Origin: Bacteroidaceae bacterium
Lineage (GTDB): Bacteria; Bacillota; Clostridia; Lachnospirales; Lachnospiraceae
Direction of reading: 5' to 3'
NCBI GenBank assembly: GCA_963639875.1
Contig: CAVHWP010000004.1
Coordinates: 33,168 to 97,167, forward strand
Length of the DNA stretch: 64,000 bases
The notes beneath the pieces were generated by a model. The model did no database searches, was not told the DNA's origin, and saw only the letters and a list, made by a program, of their open reading frames with translations. This document shows, piece after piece, positions 1 to 9,731 of the stretch. How positions within the stretch are numbered: position 1 is the first letter of the stretch; every line of letters begins with the position of its first letter. The translations under genes were made by a program, and so were the position numbers.

Positions 1-490
1 AAAAGCACAGGACAAACATCTTTGCCCAGTAGGGACCGTCAATAAAATCCACGGAGGGACCGCCGAACCAGTTGATAAGCAGGTTGATGAGGCCTTCCGA
101 ATAGGCTGTTTTCTTGAACAAAATCATAAATACCAGACCGACTGCCAGGGTGTTTGTCACATAGGGCAGGAAGTAAATGGTCTGGAACAGCTCCCGCAGC
201 TTCTTAATGGAGCTCAATGCCGCCGAAATGAGCAGGGCAAACAGAGTGGAGAGGGGAACCGTAATGATAACTAAAAGGAACGTATTTTTCAGCGCCTGCA
301 GAAAATACGGGTCATGCAGCACGTAGGAATAGTTGTAGGTGCCGGTGCCGAAAAAGGTCTGGGACGCCGAATTGTAGCCCTCTTCAAAAGAATATACAAA
401 TACGTCAATCAAAGGATAAATCATAAATACGCCGAGAAACAGAAATGCCGGCAGAAGATAGAGCCATCCTTTTCCATTTTGTTTTTCCAT
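1..490 (-). CDS. Carbohydrate ABC transporter permease (5' part; runs off the window edge)
   Basis: Manual translation from ATG at 490: MEKQNGKGWLYLLPAFLFLGVFMIYPLI...ALKNTFLLVIITVPLS...TIYFLPYVT, typical of MalF/UgpA-type permeases; directly downstream of the ATPase. Confidence 0.85.
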   Translation of the reverse strand, partial: MEKQNGKGWLYLLPAFLFLGVFMIYPLIDVFVYSFEEGYNSASQTFFGTGTYNYSYVLHDPYFLQALKNTFLLVIITVPLSTLFALLISAALSSIKKLRELFQTIYFLPYVTNTLAVGLVFMILFKKTAYSEGLINLLINWFGGPSVDFIDGPYWAKMFVLCF

Positions 491-496
491 AGATAA

Positions 497-1585
497 CTAT
501 ACCAGCCTTTCTCCGCTTTCCTTCTCGAATAAATAAACCTTGTGGGGCTTTAAGGAGAAGCTGACGGTGGGGGAAGTGACGTCGATTTTCACATCCGAAC
601 CGATAATGGAGCGGATAACGGCATTCTCGCAGTCCTCATGGGTGGAAACCACGCTGACGTCCCTGCCCATGACTTCCACACGGGAGAGATTGCAGACTAA
701 TTTGCCGTCCGGGTCGGGAATAAATCCTTCGGGACGGATGCCTACGGAAACCTCCCTGTCGGAAATTCCTTTGGCGGGAAGAACCGCATCCTTTCCTATA
801 TAAAGTGTTTCGTCCTTCACATGACCGGTAAATACATTGATGGGCGGTGTGCCTAAGAATTTGGCAACAAACAGGTTGACCGGGTTGTCGTAGACATCCT
901 GCGGCTTGCCAATCTGCTGCACCAGACCGTCCTTCATGACGACGATGAAATCGGAAATGCTCATGGCTTCGTCCTGGTCGTGGGTAACGAAAACCGTGGT
1001 AATGCCGGTCTGCTTCTGGATACGGCGGATTTCCTCACGGGTCTGCAGACGAAGTCTGGCATCCAGGTTGGAAAGGGGCTCGTCAAGGAGAAGCACCTTG
1101 GGCATTTTAACCAGTGCTCTGGCAATGGCGACACGCTGCTGCTGTCCGCCGGAAAGCTCACTGGGCTTACGGTCCATAAGACCTTCAATCTGGACTAACT
1201 TCGCGGCCTCCAGAGCACGCTTTTCCATTTCCTCCCGGGAGAGCTTGTCCGCACCTCTTAAATTTTCCAGAGGGAAGGTGATGTTTTTTAAGACGGTCAG
1301 ATGGGGATAGAGGGCGTAGTTCTGGAAAACCAGTCCCACACCGCGCTTCTCGGGCGGAAGGTTTGTGACATCTCCTTCGCCGAAGAAAATCTGTCCGTCC
1401 GTGGGCTTTAACAGACCGCAGATTAAATTTAAGGTAGTACTTTTTCCACAGCCGGAAGGTCCCAAAAGACCGATGAGCTTGCCGTCGGGGATTTCAAAAT
1501 CAAAATCGTTTACGGCAATGACATCTTCGCTTTTTTTGCCCCTGCCGGGGAATTTTTTGGTAAGATTTTTTAAAATGATTTTCAT
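497..1585 (-). CDS. Sugar ABC transporter ATP-binding protein (MalK/UgpC-like)
   Basis: Walker [10 protein letters not shown], signature LSGGQQQ, Walker B LLLDEPLSNLD; start MKIILK preceded by AAGGAG. Confidence 0.92.
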   Translation of the reverse strand: MKIILKNLTKKFPGRGKKSEDVIAVNDFDFEIPDGKLIGLLGPSGCGKSTTLNLICGLLKPTDGQIFFGEGDVTNLPPEKRGVGLVFQNYALYPHLTVLKNITFPLENLRGADKLSREEMEKRALEAAKLVQIEGLMDRKPSELSGGQQQRVAIARALVKMPKVLLLDEPLSNLDARLRLQTREEIRRIQKQTGITTVFVTHDQDEAMSISDFIVVMKDGLVQQIGKPQDVYDNPVNLFVAKFLGTPPINVFTGHVKDETLYIGKDAVLPAKGISDREVSVGIRPEGFIPDPDGKLVCNLSRVEVMGRDVSVVSTHEDCENAVIRSIIGSDVKIDVTSPTVSFSLKPHKVYLFEKESGERLV

Positions 1586-1635
1586 GCGTTTCTCCTTGCA
1601 AAAAGGTATTCCGTAAGAAAGATACCCCACGGCGG

Positions 1636-2385
1636 TTACAGACCGTAAGAGTTTTTCAAATCGCTGGATATATGGTCAAGGTCGGGATAGATGAAGCCCT
1701 CCGTCATGCCGAATACGCGAAGGCTGTTGATGAAGTAGTCCTTCCGGTAGCCGGGAATGATGATTTTATACAGGGTGTTTTCATCGCAGATATCCTCTAA
1801 GCGGCGCAGGGAATTGTGGATGGTAAAGCTTGCCTGCTGGTAGTACATACGCAGGTTTTTCTCCGTGGAGTGGCAGGCAAGAATTTTGTCCACCAGAGCC
1901 GGATTGTGGTGCGTGTGTTTGAAAGCGGGAAGCAGCATTTCCTGGCTGGTATCCGCATCTATGGGGAAAATGCATCGGCCGAAGCCTTCCTGCTCGTTTA
2001 AGATATCCGGCGCCAAAATCCAGATGCCGGCGTCCATGTCGTAGGTGGTCTGGTAGGTTTCCGATGCAAAGAAGGATGCAATCAGGGGTGACTGGCTCCA
2101 GTCTAACATCCGGGTGGGCAGACCGTAGTGCTGCATGATGGAAACCCAGGCAGCGTAGTTATGCTTTTCCGGCGGATTGTTCAAAATCTGCTTGGCGCGG
2201 ATGTAAAAATCGTTGGTAATGTAACGTTCCTTTTCCAGACGCTTTTCGCTCCGCTGGATGGAAGGAACCAAAGACAGGGAAGCATCGTCCACACCGCGGT
2301 ACCAAAGCCGCAGACCGTGCTTCTGATACAGGCCGTTGACAAACTGCAGAAGCTCATCAATGGTACGAATTTCTTCAATAATCAT
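1636..2385 (-). CDS. FRG domain-containing protein
   Basis: WYRG...LVPSIQR and MQHYGLPTRMLDWS motifs; start at MIIEE is my choice. Confidence 0.85.
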   Translation of the reverse strand: MIIEEIRTIDELLQFVNGLYQKHGLRLWYRGVDDASLSLVPSIQRSEKRLEKERYITNDFYIRAKQILNNPPEKHNYAAWVSIMQHYGLPTRMLDWSQSPLIASFFASETYQTTYDMDAGIWILAPDILNEQEGFGRCIFPIDADTSQEMLLPAFKHTHHNPALVDKILACHSTEKNLRMYYQQASFTIHNSLRRLEDICDENTLYKIIIPGYRKDYFINSLRVFGMTEGFIYPDLDHISSDLKNSYGL

Positions 2386-2561
2386 TTCAGTATGCCTTTC
2401 TGTATTGATGTTACTTATTATAGAAGATTTTTTCACAGGGTACAAGCTAAGGATAGCGATTTCAAAAAAAATATGCTACAATGCCTTTGAGAGAATGTGC
2501 ACGCAAAAGAGAAACCACGGGTTTTCATTTTGCAGTTTTATGGAAAGGATTGGTGACAAAC

Positions 2562-3668
2562 GTGGAAAACATCAAAAAGAATTTCGGCTTCGGCTGTATG
2601 CGTCTGCCCATGAACGGCAGTGAAGTGGACACCGAAGAAACCTGCCGTATGGTGGATGCCTTTTTAGAGGCGGGATTTCATTATTTTGATACGGCGCACG
2701 GCTATATACAGGGAAAGAGTGAGCTGGCGTTAAAGGAATGTCTGACCAGCCGTTACCCGAGAGACCGCTACATCCTGACGGATAAGCTGACCGATTTTTA
2801 TTTTAAAAAGGAAGAGGATATCCGCCCCTTCTTTGAAAGCCAGTTGCAGGCATGCGGCGTGGACTATTTTGACTTTTATCTGATGCATGCCCAGAATGCG
2901 GAAAATTATAAATTTTTCAAATCCTGCCATGCCTATGAAAATGCATTTGCCTTAAAGAAAGAAGGAAAAATCCGCCATGTGGGCATTTCCTTCCACGATA
3001 CCGCAGAAGTGCTTGACCGCATTCTGACCGAGTATCCGGAAGTGGAAGTGGTGCAGATTCAGTTCAATTACTTAGATTACGACGACCCTGCCGTACAGAG
3101 CAGACTCTGCTACGAGGTGTGCCGCAAACACAACAAGCCGGTGCTGGTTATGGAGCCGGTAAAGGGCGGCAATTTAGTCAACCTGCCGGAGAAAGCCAAA
3201 GCCGTATTGGACGAGCTTCACGGCGGCAGCCCCGCCAGCTATGCTCTTCGTTTTGCAGCCGGTTTTCCGGGCATGATGATGGTGCTTTCCGGCATGAGCA
3301 ATATGGAGCAGATGCAGGACAACATCAGCTTTATGAAGGACTTTAAGCCCTTAAACGAAGAGGAAATGGAAGCCGTGAAAAAGGTGCAGCAGATTTTCAA
3401 GGAAAAGGATTTAATTCCCTGTACCGCCTGCCGTTACTGTACGGAGGGCTGCCCGAAGCACATTGCCATTCCCGATTTGTTTGCGGTTATGAATGCCAAG
3501 ATGCTGCATCACGACTGGAATGCGGATTATTACTACAACCAGGTACATACAAGCGAAGGCAGAAAAGCTTCCGACTGCATCAAATGCGGTAAGTGTGAAA
3601 AAGCCTGTCCCCAGCATCTTCCCATCCGGGAGCTGCTTGTCAGCGTAGCAAAAGAATTTGAAAAGTAA
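2562..3668 (+). CDS. Aldo/keto reductase with C-terminal 4Fe-4S ferredoxin-like domain
   Basis: GFGCMRLP, FDTAHGY; C-terminal CTACRYC and CIKCGKCEKACP; GTG start inferred from the RBS. Confidence 0.9.
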   Translation: MENIKKNFGFGCMRLPMNGSEVDTEETCRMVDAFLEAGFHYFDTAHGYIQGKSELALKECLTSRYPRDRYILTDKLTDFYFKKEEDIRPFFESQLQACGVDYFDFYLMHAQNAENYKFFKSCHAYENAFALKKEGKIRHVGISFHDTAEVLDRILTEYPEVEVVQIQFNYLDYDDPAVQSRLCYEVCRKHNKPVLVMEPVKGGNLVNLPEKAKAVLDELHGGSPASYALRFAAGFPGMMMVLSGMSNMEQMQDNISFMKDFKPLNEEEMEAVKKVQQIFKEKDLIPCTACRYCTEGCPKHIAIPDLFAVMNAKMLHHDWNADYYYNQVHTSEGRKASDCIKCGKCEKACPQHLPIRELLVSVAKEFEK

Positions 3669-3682
3669 GTGAGGTAAGAAAC

Positions 3683-4237
3683 ATGATACAGACGATTGCA
3701 AAGAAAAAGATTTCCGTAAAGGCACAGACATTTGCGGCAATAGGCGCTATGGCGGCAGCCGTGGCACTTCCGCAGGTACTTCATCTTTTAGGCAGATATT
3801 CCGGCATCGGCACGGCACTGGGAGAGGTATTTCTTCCCATGCATCTGCCCATCCTGTTAGTAGGATTTTTAGCAGGTCCTTATGCCGGTATGGCAGCGGG
3901 ACTTTTAAGCCCCCTTATCAGCTTTGGACTGACCGCCATGCCCGGTTCCGCCATGTTGCCCTTCATGATGCTGGAGCTTTTCTCCTACGGTCTTCTGGCG
4001 GGACTTCTTAAGGATGTGAAGCTGCCTTCCGTTGTAAAGGTGCTTGCCGTACAGGTGGGCGGACGCGCCATCCGTGCACTGGCTATTTTATTTGCCGTAT
4101 ATGTTATCGGTTCCAACCGCATTCCGGCAGCCGTTATTATAAACAGCATCAAGACCGGCATGATTGGCATTGTGCTTCAGTGGGCGCTCATTCCGTTAAT
4201 TCTTTACCGCGTAAACAGTGTTTCCCAAGAGCAGTAA
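3683..4237 (+). CDS. ECF transporter S component
   Basis: Hydrophobic 184 aa with LPMHLPILLVGFLAGP motif. Confidence 0.8.
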   Translation: MIQTIAKKKISVKAQTFAAIGAMAAAVALPQVLHLLGRYSGIGTALGEVFLPMHLPILLVGFLAGPYAGMAAGLLSPLISFGLTAMPGSAMLPFMMLELFSYGLLAGLLKDVKLPSVVKVLAVQVGGRAIRALAILFAVYVIGSNRIPAAVIINSIKTGMIGIVLQWALIPLILYRVNSVSQEQ

Positions 4238-4250
4238 AGGGAGTTTTACC

Positions 4251-4673
4251 ATGCATTATTACACAAAATTAGCGAAAAAGCTCATGGAAGAAGACCGGTA
4301 TACCTGCGTCATCTGCGGGGACGGCATCACCTATTTTTCCGAAGAAAACGGTGTGCGTCCCCTGATGCAGTGGACGGCGGAAAAAACCAATGTGAAGGGG
4401 TGCTGCGCTGCCGATAAAATCGTGGGAAAAGCGGCAGCCCTTCTCTACGTGGGACTCGGCGTAAAGGAAGTGTATGCTTCCGTTATGAGCAGACGGGGAG
4501 AAGAAACCCTGAAAAACCACGGCATAGAAGCCTTTTACGGGGAGCTGTGCGAAGACATCCGCAACCGCACGGATACGGACATCTGTCCTATGGAAAAAGC
4601 GGTGCGGGAGGCGGAAATACCTGCGGAAGCGGTGGAGGCCATCAAGGCTGCCATCAAAGCCATGCGGATATAA
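4251..4673 (+). CDS. DUF1893 (TM1506-like) protein
   Basis: DKIVGKAAA and NRTDTDICPME motifs. Confidence 0.8.
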   Translation: MHYYTKLAKKLMEEDRYTCVICGDGITYFSEENGVRPLMQWTAEKTNVKGCCAADKIVGKAAALLYVGLGVKEVYASVMSRRGEETLKNHGIEAFYGELCEDIRNRTDTDICPMEKAVREAEIPAEAVEAIKAAIKAMRI

Positions 4674-4772
4674 TTTTCGAAAAAGTATGCAAATTATGCA
4701 AAAAATGTTTCAATATACGCAAAAATAGTGTAAAATAAGCGCAAAGCAAAAGAAAAAAATGAGGAACAGCAT

Positions 4773-6407
4773 ATGTATGTTTTCTTTCTTACCGTTCAGT
4801 ATGTGGGAATCGCAGTACTGATTACGGAGATGATATATATATTAAATAAGCCGGCATCCAGACTGCAGATTACTCTGCTTGCCATGGTGATGGCAACTCT
4901 GCTGAATTTTATCGGTTATCTGATGGAGATTACTTCAAATTCCATGGATACGGCTCTTATGGGGCTGAAGGTGGAATATATTGGCAAGCCGTTTATTATG
5001 CTTAGCGTTTTTTTCTTTGTGATGCACTATTGCCACATAGAACTGCCAAAGCTGATATCCGGGTTTTTAATGATATTGCACATCGGTGTTACCATGCTGG
5101 TTTTTACCTGCGACGACAACAATCTCTTTTTTAACAGTATCAGTTTTACCACAGAAGGCACTTTTCCCCACCTTATAAGAGGGCAGGGGATTATATGTAC
5201 TGCTTATATGGTGATGACATGCTGCCTTGCAACAATCTGTATCTTTTATGCCGTGAAAGAGTGGCATATGGCAGAGACCAGACTTGTCAGAAAGCATGCA
5301 GTTTACATTTTACTTATGATTGTGACCCAGGCAGTAGGACTTTCCCTGTATTTAAGCGGCATCACCGGTGGTTACGACACCATGAATATTGCCTATCTTA
5401 TTGATGTAATCCTGCTTGCGGTTTCCATCTTCCGCTATCGTCTGTTTGAAGTGCTGACTCTTGCAAAGGAAAAGGCACTGAACGATTACCAGGACGGGCT
5501 GATCGTCCTTGACAACCGGAACATGGTGATTTATTCAAATTCCCTTGCGAAAGAGATTTATCCCGAATTGAAGGGAGAGGATTACCAGAGCGTTATCGAA
5601 AGGATGGACGCTTACATAAATCTGGACGAAAAGCTTTTCTACAGGAGTAAGGTATTCCAGATTAAGCAGCAGCCCATCATGCAGGAGGGCATGGAGTACG
5701 GCAAGACCTACAAGATTATTGACATCACGGACAGCTACTATTATGCCACACGGCTGCAGAATGACGTAGAGGAAAGAACCAGGCAGATTAAATCCATGCA
5801 GAGCTCCGTTATTGAGAGCTTTGCCAACATGATTGAAGCAAGGGACGGCATTACCGGCCAGCATGTGAAACATACAAGTGCTTATGTGCGGATTCTTATT
5901 TACGGTTTGAGAGAGATGGGGCTTTACAAGGATTTGCTGACAGATGAATACATAGCCACGGTCATTGACGTGGCGCCTCTTCATGATATTGGAAAGATTG
6001 CCATTATGGATCAGATATTAAAGAAAAACGACAGACTGACCGATGAAGAGTTTGAGGCCATCAAGACACATCCGCAGGTGGGAGTTACCATTGCGGAGGA
6101 TATCCTGAGAGGTGTGGAAAGTGATTCCTACATCAAGGTTGCCCACGATATTATCCTGTACCACCATGAAAAGTGGGACGGCACGGGATACCCGGCTGGC
6201 ATAAAAGGCAATAAAATTCCGCTCTGCGCCCGTATCATGGCGGTTGCGGATGTATACGATGCCCTGCGTTCCAAGAGAAGCTACAAAGAAGGATTTTCAA
6301 AGGAGAAGTCTCGCAGGATTATTGTAGAAGGAGCAGGCATTCATTTCGATCCCGATATTGTAAGGGTATTCCAGGAGCATATAGATGAAATTGAAAGAGT
6401 CGAGTAA
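4773..6407 (+). CDS. Membrane sensor (7TM) - PAS-like - HD-GYP c-di-GMP phosphodiesterase
   Basis: About 7 TM N-terminus; LHDIGK, HHEKWDGTGYP and AVADVYDAL motifs. Confidence 0.88.
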   Translation: MYVFFLTVQYVGIAVLITEMIYILNKPASRLQITLLAMVMATLLNFIGYLMEITSNSMDTALMGLKVEYIGKPFIMLSVFFFVMHYCHIELPKLISGFLMILHIGVTMLVFTCDDNNLFFNSISFTTEGTFPHLIRGQGIICTAYMVMTCCLATICIFYAVKEWHMAETRLVRKHAVYILLMIVTQAVGLSLYLSGITGGYDTMNIAYLIDVILLAVSIFRYRLFEVLTLAKEKALNDYQDGLIVLDNRNMVIYSNSLAKEIYPELKGEDYQSVIERMDAYINLDEKLFYRSKVFQIKQQPIMQEGMEYGKTYKIIDITDSYYYATRLQNDVEERTRQIKSMQSSVIESFANMIEARDGITGQHVKHTSAYVRILIYGLREMGLYKDLLTDEYIATVIDVAPLHDIGKIAIMDQILKKNDRLTDEEFEAIKTHPQVGVTIAEDILRGVESDSYIKVAHDIILYHHEKWDGTGYPAGIKGNKIPLCARIMAVADVYDALRSKRSYKEGFSKEKSRRIIVEGAGIHFDPDIVRVFQEHIDEIERVE

Positions 6408-6423
6408 ATAAGGAATCTGAGAT

Positions 6424-6699
6424 ATGCATAAAACGAACGGGTATGGCAGTAACGGATATGAACTTAGAAAAGCGGCCGGACTATACTGGCTGCTTGCTCT
6501 GCAACAGAGCGGAGAGAAGTATAAGCCGCCCCTGGTAATGAATGGGATGGGGGCTGTGATTTTTAAGTATCGGCAGATGGGTGACAATGAAGAAGAGATT
6601 ATCAGAAAAATCAGCAGCCGTTATGATACCGATCCGGATACCCTGAGGAGGGATGTAATCTCTTTTCTAAAGAAGCTGAAAGAATACGAGACAGAGTAA
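6424..6699 (+). CDS. PqqD family / RiPP recognition element (RRE) protein
   Basis: 91 aa; pattern LVMNGMGAVIF...EEIIRKISSRYD...LRRDVISFLKKL matches the PqqD winged-helix layout. Confidence 0.75.
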   Translation: MHKTNGYGSNGYELRKAAGLYWLLALQQSGEKYKPPLVMNGMGAVIFKYRQMGDNEEEIIRKISSRYDTDPDTLRRDVISFLKKLKEYETE

Positions 6700-6717
6700 G
6701 AAAGGTGCACGGAAAAG

Positions 6718-8898
6718 ATGAATATTCTGTTAATAGGGGGATGCAGCAATGTTATCAACAACCTTATTATCAAATTAAATAAAGAAGGTCACAGAATTTA
6801 TCTTCTGACAGGTAACCGCTATGACAAGCAGCCCTACCAGAAGGTTTTTGAGAAATATTATTTTCCGTATGATGCTAGCTGCTTGAATGAAATTTTTGAA
6901 AGCATCAATCCCGACCTCACGATTTTTATGGGGGCCTGCGATACGAATTTCCATTGGGAAAACGAGGAGTCAGAGGCAGTGCGTTATTCTGCCTGTATGA
7001 TGAATATCCTGATGGCGTATGCGATGAAAAATAAGGGACGGTTTATCTATCTTTCTTCAGATGAGGTGTATCAGGGAGATTTTCCGGAAAATATTCCCGA
7101 GGAAATGCCCACTACCCCCCAGGGGTTTAAGAGCATGGTGCTTTCCCAGGCAGAGGAAATGTGTGAAAGCTATGGGAAAAGCTGCGGCAGGGATATTATA
7201 GTTCTACGTCTTGACCATCTGTATTCCATGCCGGATACTATGGCGGATGTCACCGATGTCTGCACGAAGATGTGTCTGGAGTCTTTGGACAAATATGTCA
7301 TCACAACAGATGACAACAATACGTTTTCCCTGCTATACGTTACGGACGCGGTGGAATATCTGTACAGGCTTGCCGTCTGTGAAACACATAAATACCATTT
7401 ATATAATATGTCTTCGGAAACTCCCATCACAGAACGGGAACTTGCGGAATTAGTACGTAAATATATGTGGTTCAATGTGGAAATTGTATCTGTGGGCACC
7501 AATAAGAAACGCAGGATTTTGTCTGCCTCACGCTTTGCAGAGGAATTCGAGCCTTCGTTTCTGTGTGATACCCAGCATGTGGTGGCAAGAATTGTTGCCC
7601 GGATGAAGAAGTACCGCCATATTTTCCTGTATGGAGAAAAGAGGAAGAAAACTGTCAGGGAAAGATTACTGGAACGGGCGGGCTGGCTTACCAGAACGGC
7701 TATCCCCTACATAGAAAACGGTATCTGCTTTGTCATTTTCTTTATGCTGAACAACAGGGCAGTGGGCAGTAAATATTTTCACAGTCTGGATTTTTACCTG
7801 CTGTATGTTCTTCTGTTTGCCATTGTGTACGGACAGCAGCAGGCGACCCTTTCCGCAGCACTGGCAGTGGCAGGGTATTGCTTCCGCCAGATGTATGACC
7901 GGAGTGGTTTTGAACTGATGCTTGACAGCAATACCTATGTATGGATAGCCCAGCTTTTCATTCTGGGGCTTGCGGTAGGGTACATGCGTGATTACATTAC
8001 CAAGCTGAAAAGGGAGCATAAGGAAGAAAAGGAATTTTTAAGCCAGCAGCTTCAGGACATCAAGGAAATCAATGACAGCAACGTGCGGGTAAAGGATGCG
8101 CTGGAAACCCAGATTGTGAATCAGAACGACAGTGTGGGCAAGATTTACAGCATTACTTCTTCCTTAGACCGGTACAGCCAGGAGGAAGTTCTTTTCTATG
8201 CGGCGGAAACGATTGCCAGACTGATGAAAAGCAAGGATGTGGCAATTTACACCGTATCCGGCGGCGAATATGCCAGATTGTTTTCGGCGACTTCTTCCAG
8301 GGCAAGAAGCATGGGAAATTCCATCCGCTACAGACAGCTTGGAGAAATGTATGATATGCTTAGCTCCGGAAAGGTGTTTATCAACCGGAAGTTAAATGAC
8401 AATTATCCTCTTATGGCAAATGCCATTTCCGAAGAAGATGAAATCCAGATGATTATTATGATATGGGGCATCCCGTGGGAAAGTATGACGTTGGGACAGG
8501 CAAATCAGCTTGTGGTAATCAGTGCTCTCATCCGCAATGCGGTGGTGAGGGCAAACAAATATCTGGAAGCTTTGGAAGAGGAACGTTACATTGACGGCAC
8601 CAAGATTCTGGACGAGGAGGCATTTACCACGCTTGTCAATGCCTATCTTACAGCGGAAAGGAAGGGGCTTACTGAATGTATCGTGCTGAAAGTGGAAACG
8701 GCACCGGATATTACCTACAAGGAGCTTGCCATGCGGATTTCCGCTAAATTGCGCCATCAGGATTACGTGGGACTTTTGCAGGACAACAGCCTGTACGTGC
8801 TGCTTTCCAATGCCGGAAGACAGGACGCAGCGCCGGTTATGGAACGACTGTCCGCTATTGGCTGTAAAAGTGAAATTGTGGAGGAATATGAGCGATGA
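6718..8898 (+). CDS. pelD: PelD-like protein: degenerate SDR/epimerase + TM + GAF + degenerate GGDEF
   Basis: N-terminal Rossmann-like MNILLIGG, YLSSDEVY; central TM block; C-terminal RHQD (RxxD); first gene of a pelD-E-A-F-G order. Confidence 0.7.
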   Translation: MNILLIGGCSNVINNLIIKLNKEGHRIYLLTGNRYDKQPYQKVFEKYYFPYDASCLNEIFESINPDLTIFMGACDTNFHWENEESEAVRYSACMMNILMAYAMKNKGRFIYLSSDEVYQGDFPENIPEEMPTTPQGFKSMVLSQAEEMCESYGKSCGRDIIVLRLDHLYSMPDTMADVTDVCTKMCLESLDKYVITTDDNNTFSLLYVTDAVEYLYRLAVCETHKYHLYNMSSETPITERELAELVRKYMWFNVEIVSVGTNKKRRILSASRFAEEFEPSFLCDTQHVVARIVARMKKYRHIFLYGEKRKKTVRERLLERAGWLTRTAIPYIENGICFVIFFMLNNRAVGSKYFHSLDFYLLYVLLFAIVYGQQQATLSAALAVAGYCFRQMYDRSGFELMLDSNTYVWIAQLFILGLAVGYMRDYITKLKREHKEEKEFLSQQLQDIKEINDSNVRVKDALETQIVNQNDSVGKIYSITSSLDRYSQEEVLFYAAETIARLMKSKDVAIYTVSGGEYARLFSATSSRARSMGNSIRYRQLGEMYDMLSSGKVFINRKLNDNYPLMANAISEEDEIQMIIMIWGIPWESMTLGQANQLVVISALIRNAVVRANKYLEALEEERYIDGTKILDEEAFTTLVNAYLTAERKGLTECIVLKVETAPDITYKELAMRISAKLRHQDYVGLLQDNSLYVLLSNAGRQDAAPVMERLSAIGCKSEIVEEYER

Positions 8899-9719
8899 AG
8901 AGGCGGTTGAAAAAAAGCCATATTTTTATCCTGATTGTCATGCTTATCTGTCCCGTAGTGGGATTGCTTTTTTTTCTGCTTGCTTTTTTGTGGTATAAGC
9001 TGTTCTTTTCCGAACCTGTGAACCTTGATGATGTCATTTTCAGCAAGGAAAGAGTAAAAGCTTCCGTCCGCGCCGAAGAGGAGCAGGAGAGAAACATGGT
9101 TTCCTTAGAGGAAGCCATTGAAGTTACCAACGAGTCGGATTTGAGGAATCTGATGATGAATATTGTAAAGGGCGATATCCGAGAGTCCTTAGCCTCCATT
9201 TCCCTTGCCTTAAACAGCGAGGATACGGAAACGGCGCACTATGCGGCGAGCGTGCTGCAGGATGCCCTGAACGATTTCCGCATGACGGTGGAAAAACAGA
9301 AAAAGCTGATGGAAGAGGGTGGGGCTGACAGGGCTGTTTATGCGGATATGCTCTTAAACTATATGGATGATGTACTGAAGCAGAAGGTCTTTACGGACAT
9401 GGAGCAGAAAAGCTACGTGGCAGAAATGGACTATGTGGGCGAAGTGCTGTATTCGGAAGCACCGGATGCCATGGGTATTGAACAGATGGAGGCTCTGATT
9501 TTACGGTTACTCGAAATAGAGAATTTTCCTGATTGTGAAAAATGGTGTGAACGCGCCAAAGAGAGATATCCGAATACATTGGCGAGTTATACCTGCAGGC
9601 TGAAGTTTTACTTCAGCAGCGGACAGAGGGAAAAATTCTTTGAAACCATCGAGGAGCTGAAGCATTCGCCGGTGGTGGTAGACAGAGAGACACTGGAGCT
9701 TATCAGAGTTTTCCAATGA
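8895..9719 (+). CDS. PelE-like membrane-anchored helical/TPR-like protein
   Basis: N-terminal TM, ALNSEDTETAHYAAS motif, position between pelD-like and DUF2194 genes. Confidence 0.6.
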   Translation: MKRRLKKSHIFILIVMLICPVVGLLFFLLAFLWYKLFFSEPVNLDDVIFSKERVKASVRAEEEQERNMVSLEEAIEVTNESDLRNLMMNIVKGDIRESLASISLALNSEDTETAHYAASVLQDALNDFRMTVEKQKKLMEEGGADRAVYADMLLNYMDDVLKQKVFTDMEQKSYVAEMDYVGEVLYSEAPDAMGIEQMEALILRLLEIENFPDCEKWCERAKERYPNTLASYTCRLKFYFSSGQREKFFETIEELKHSPVVVDRETLELIRVFQ

Positions 9720-9731
9720 CAGAGGTGGAAG

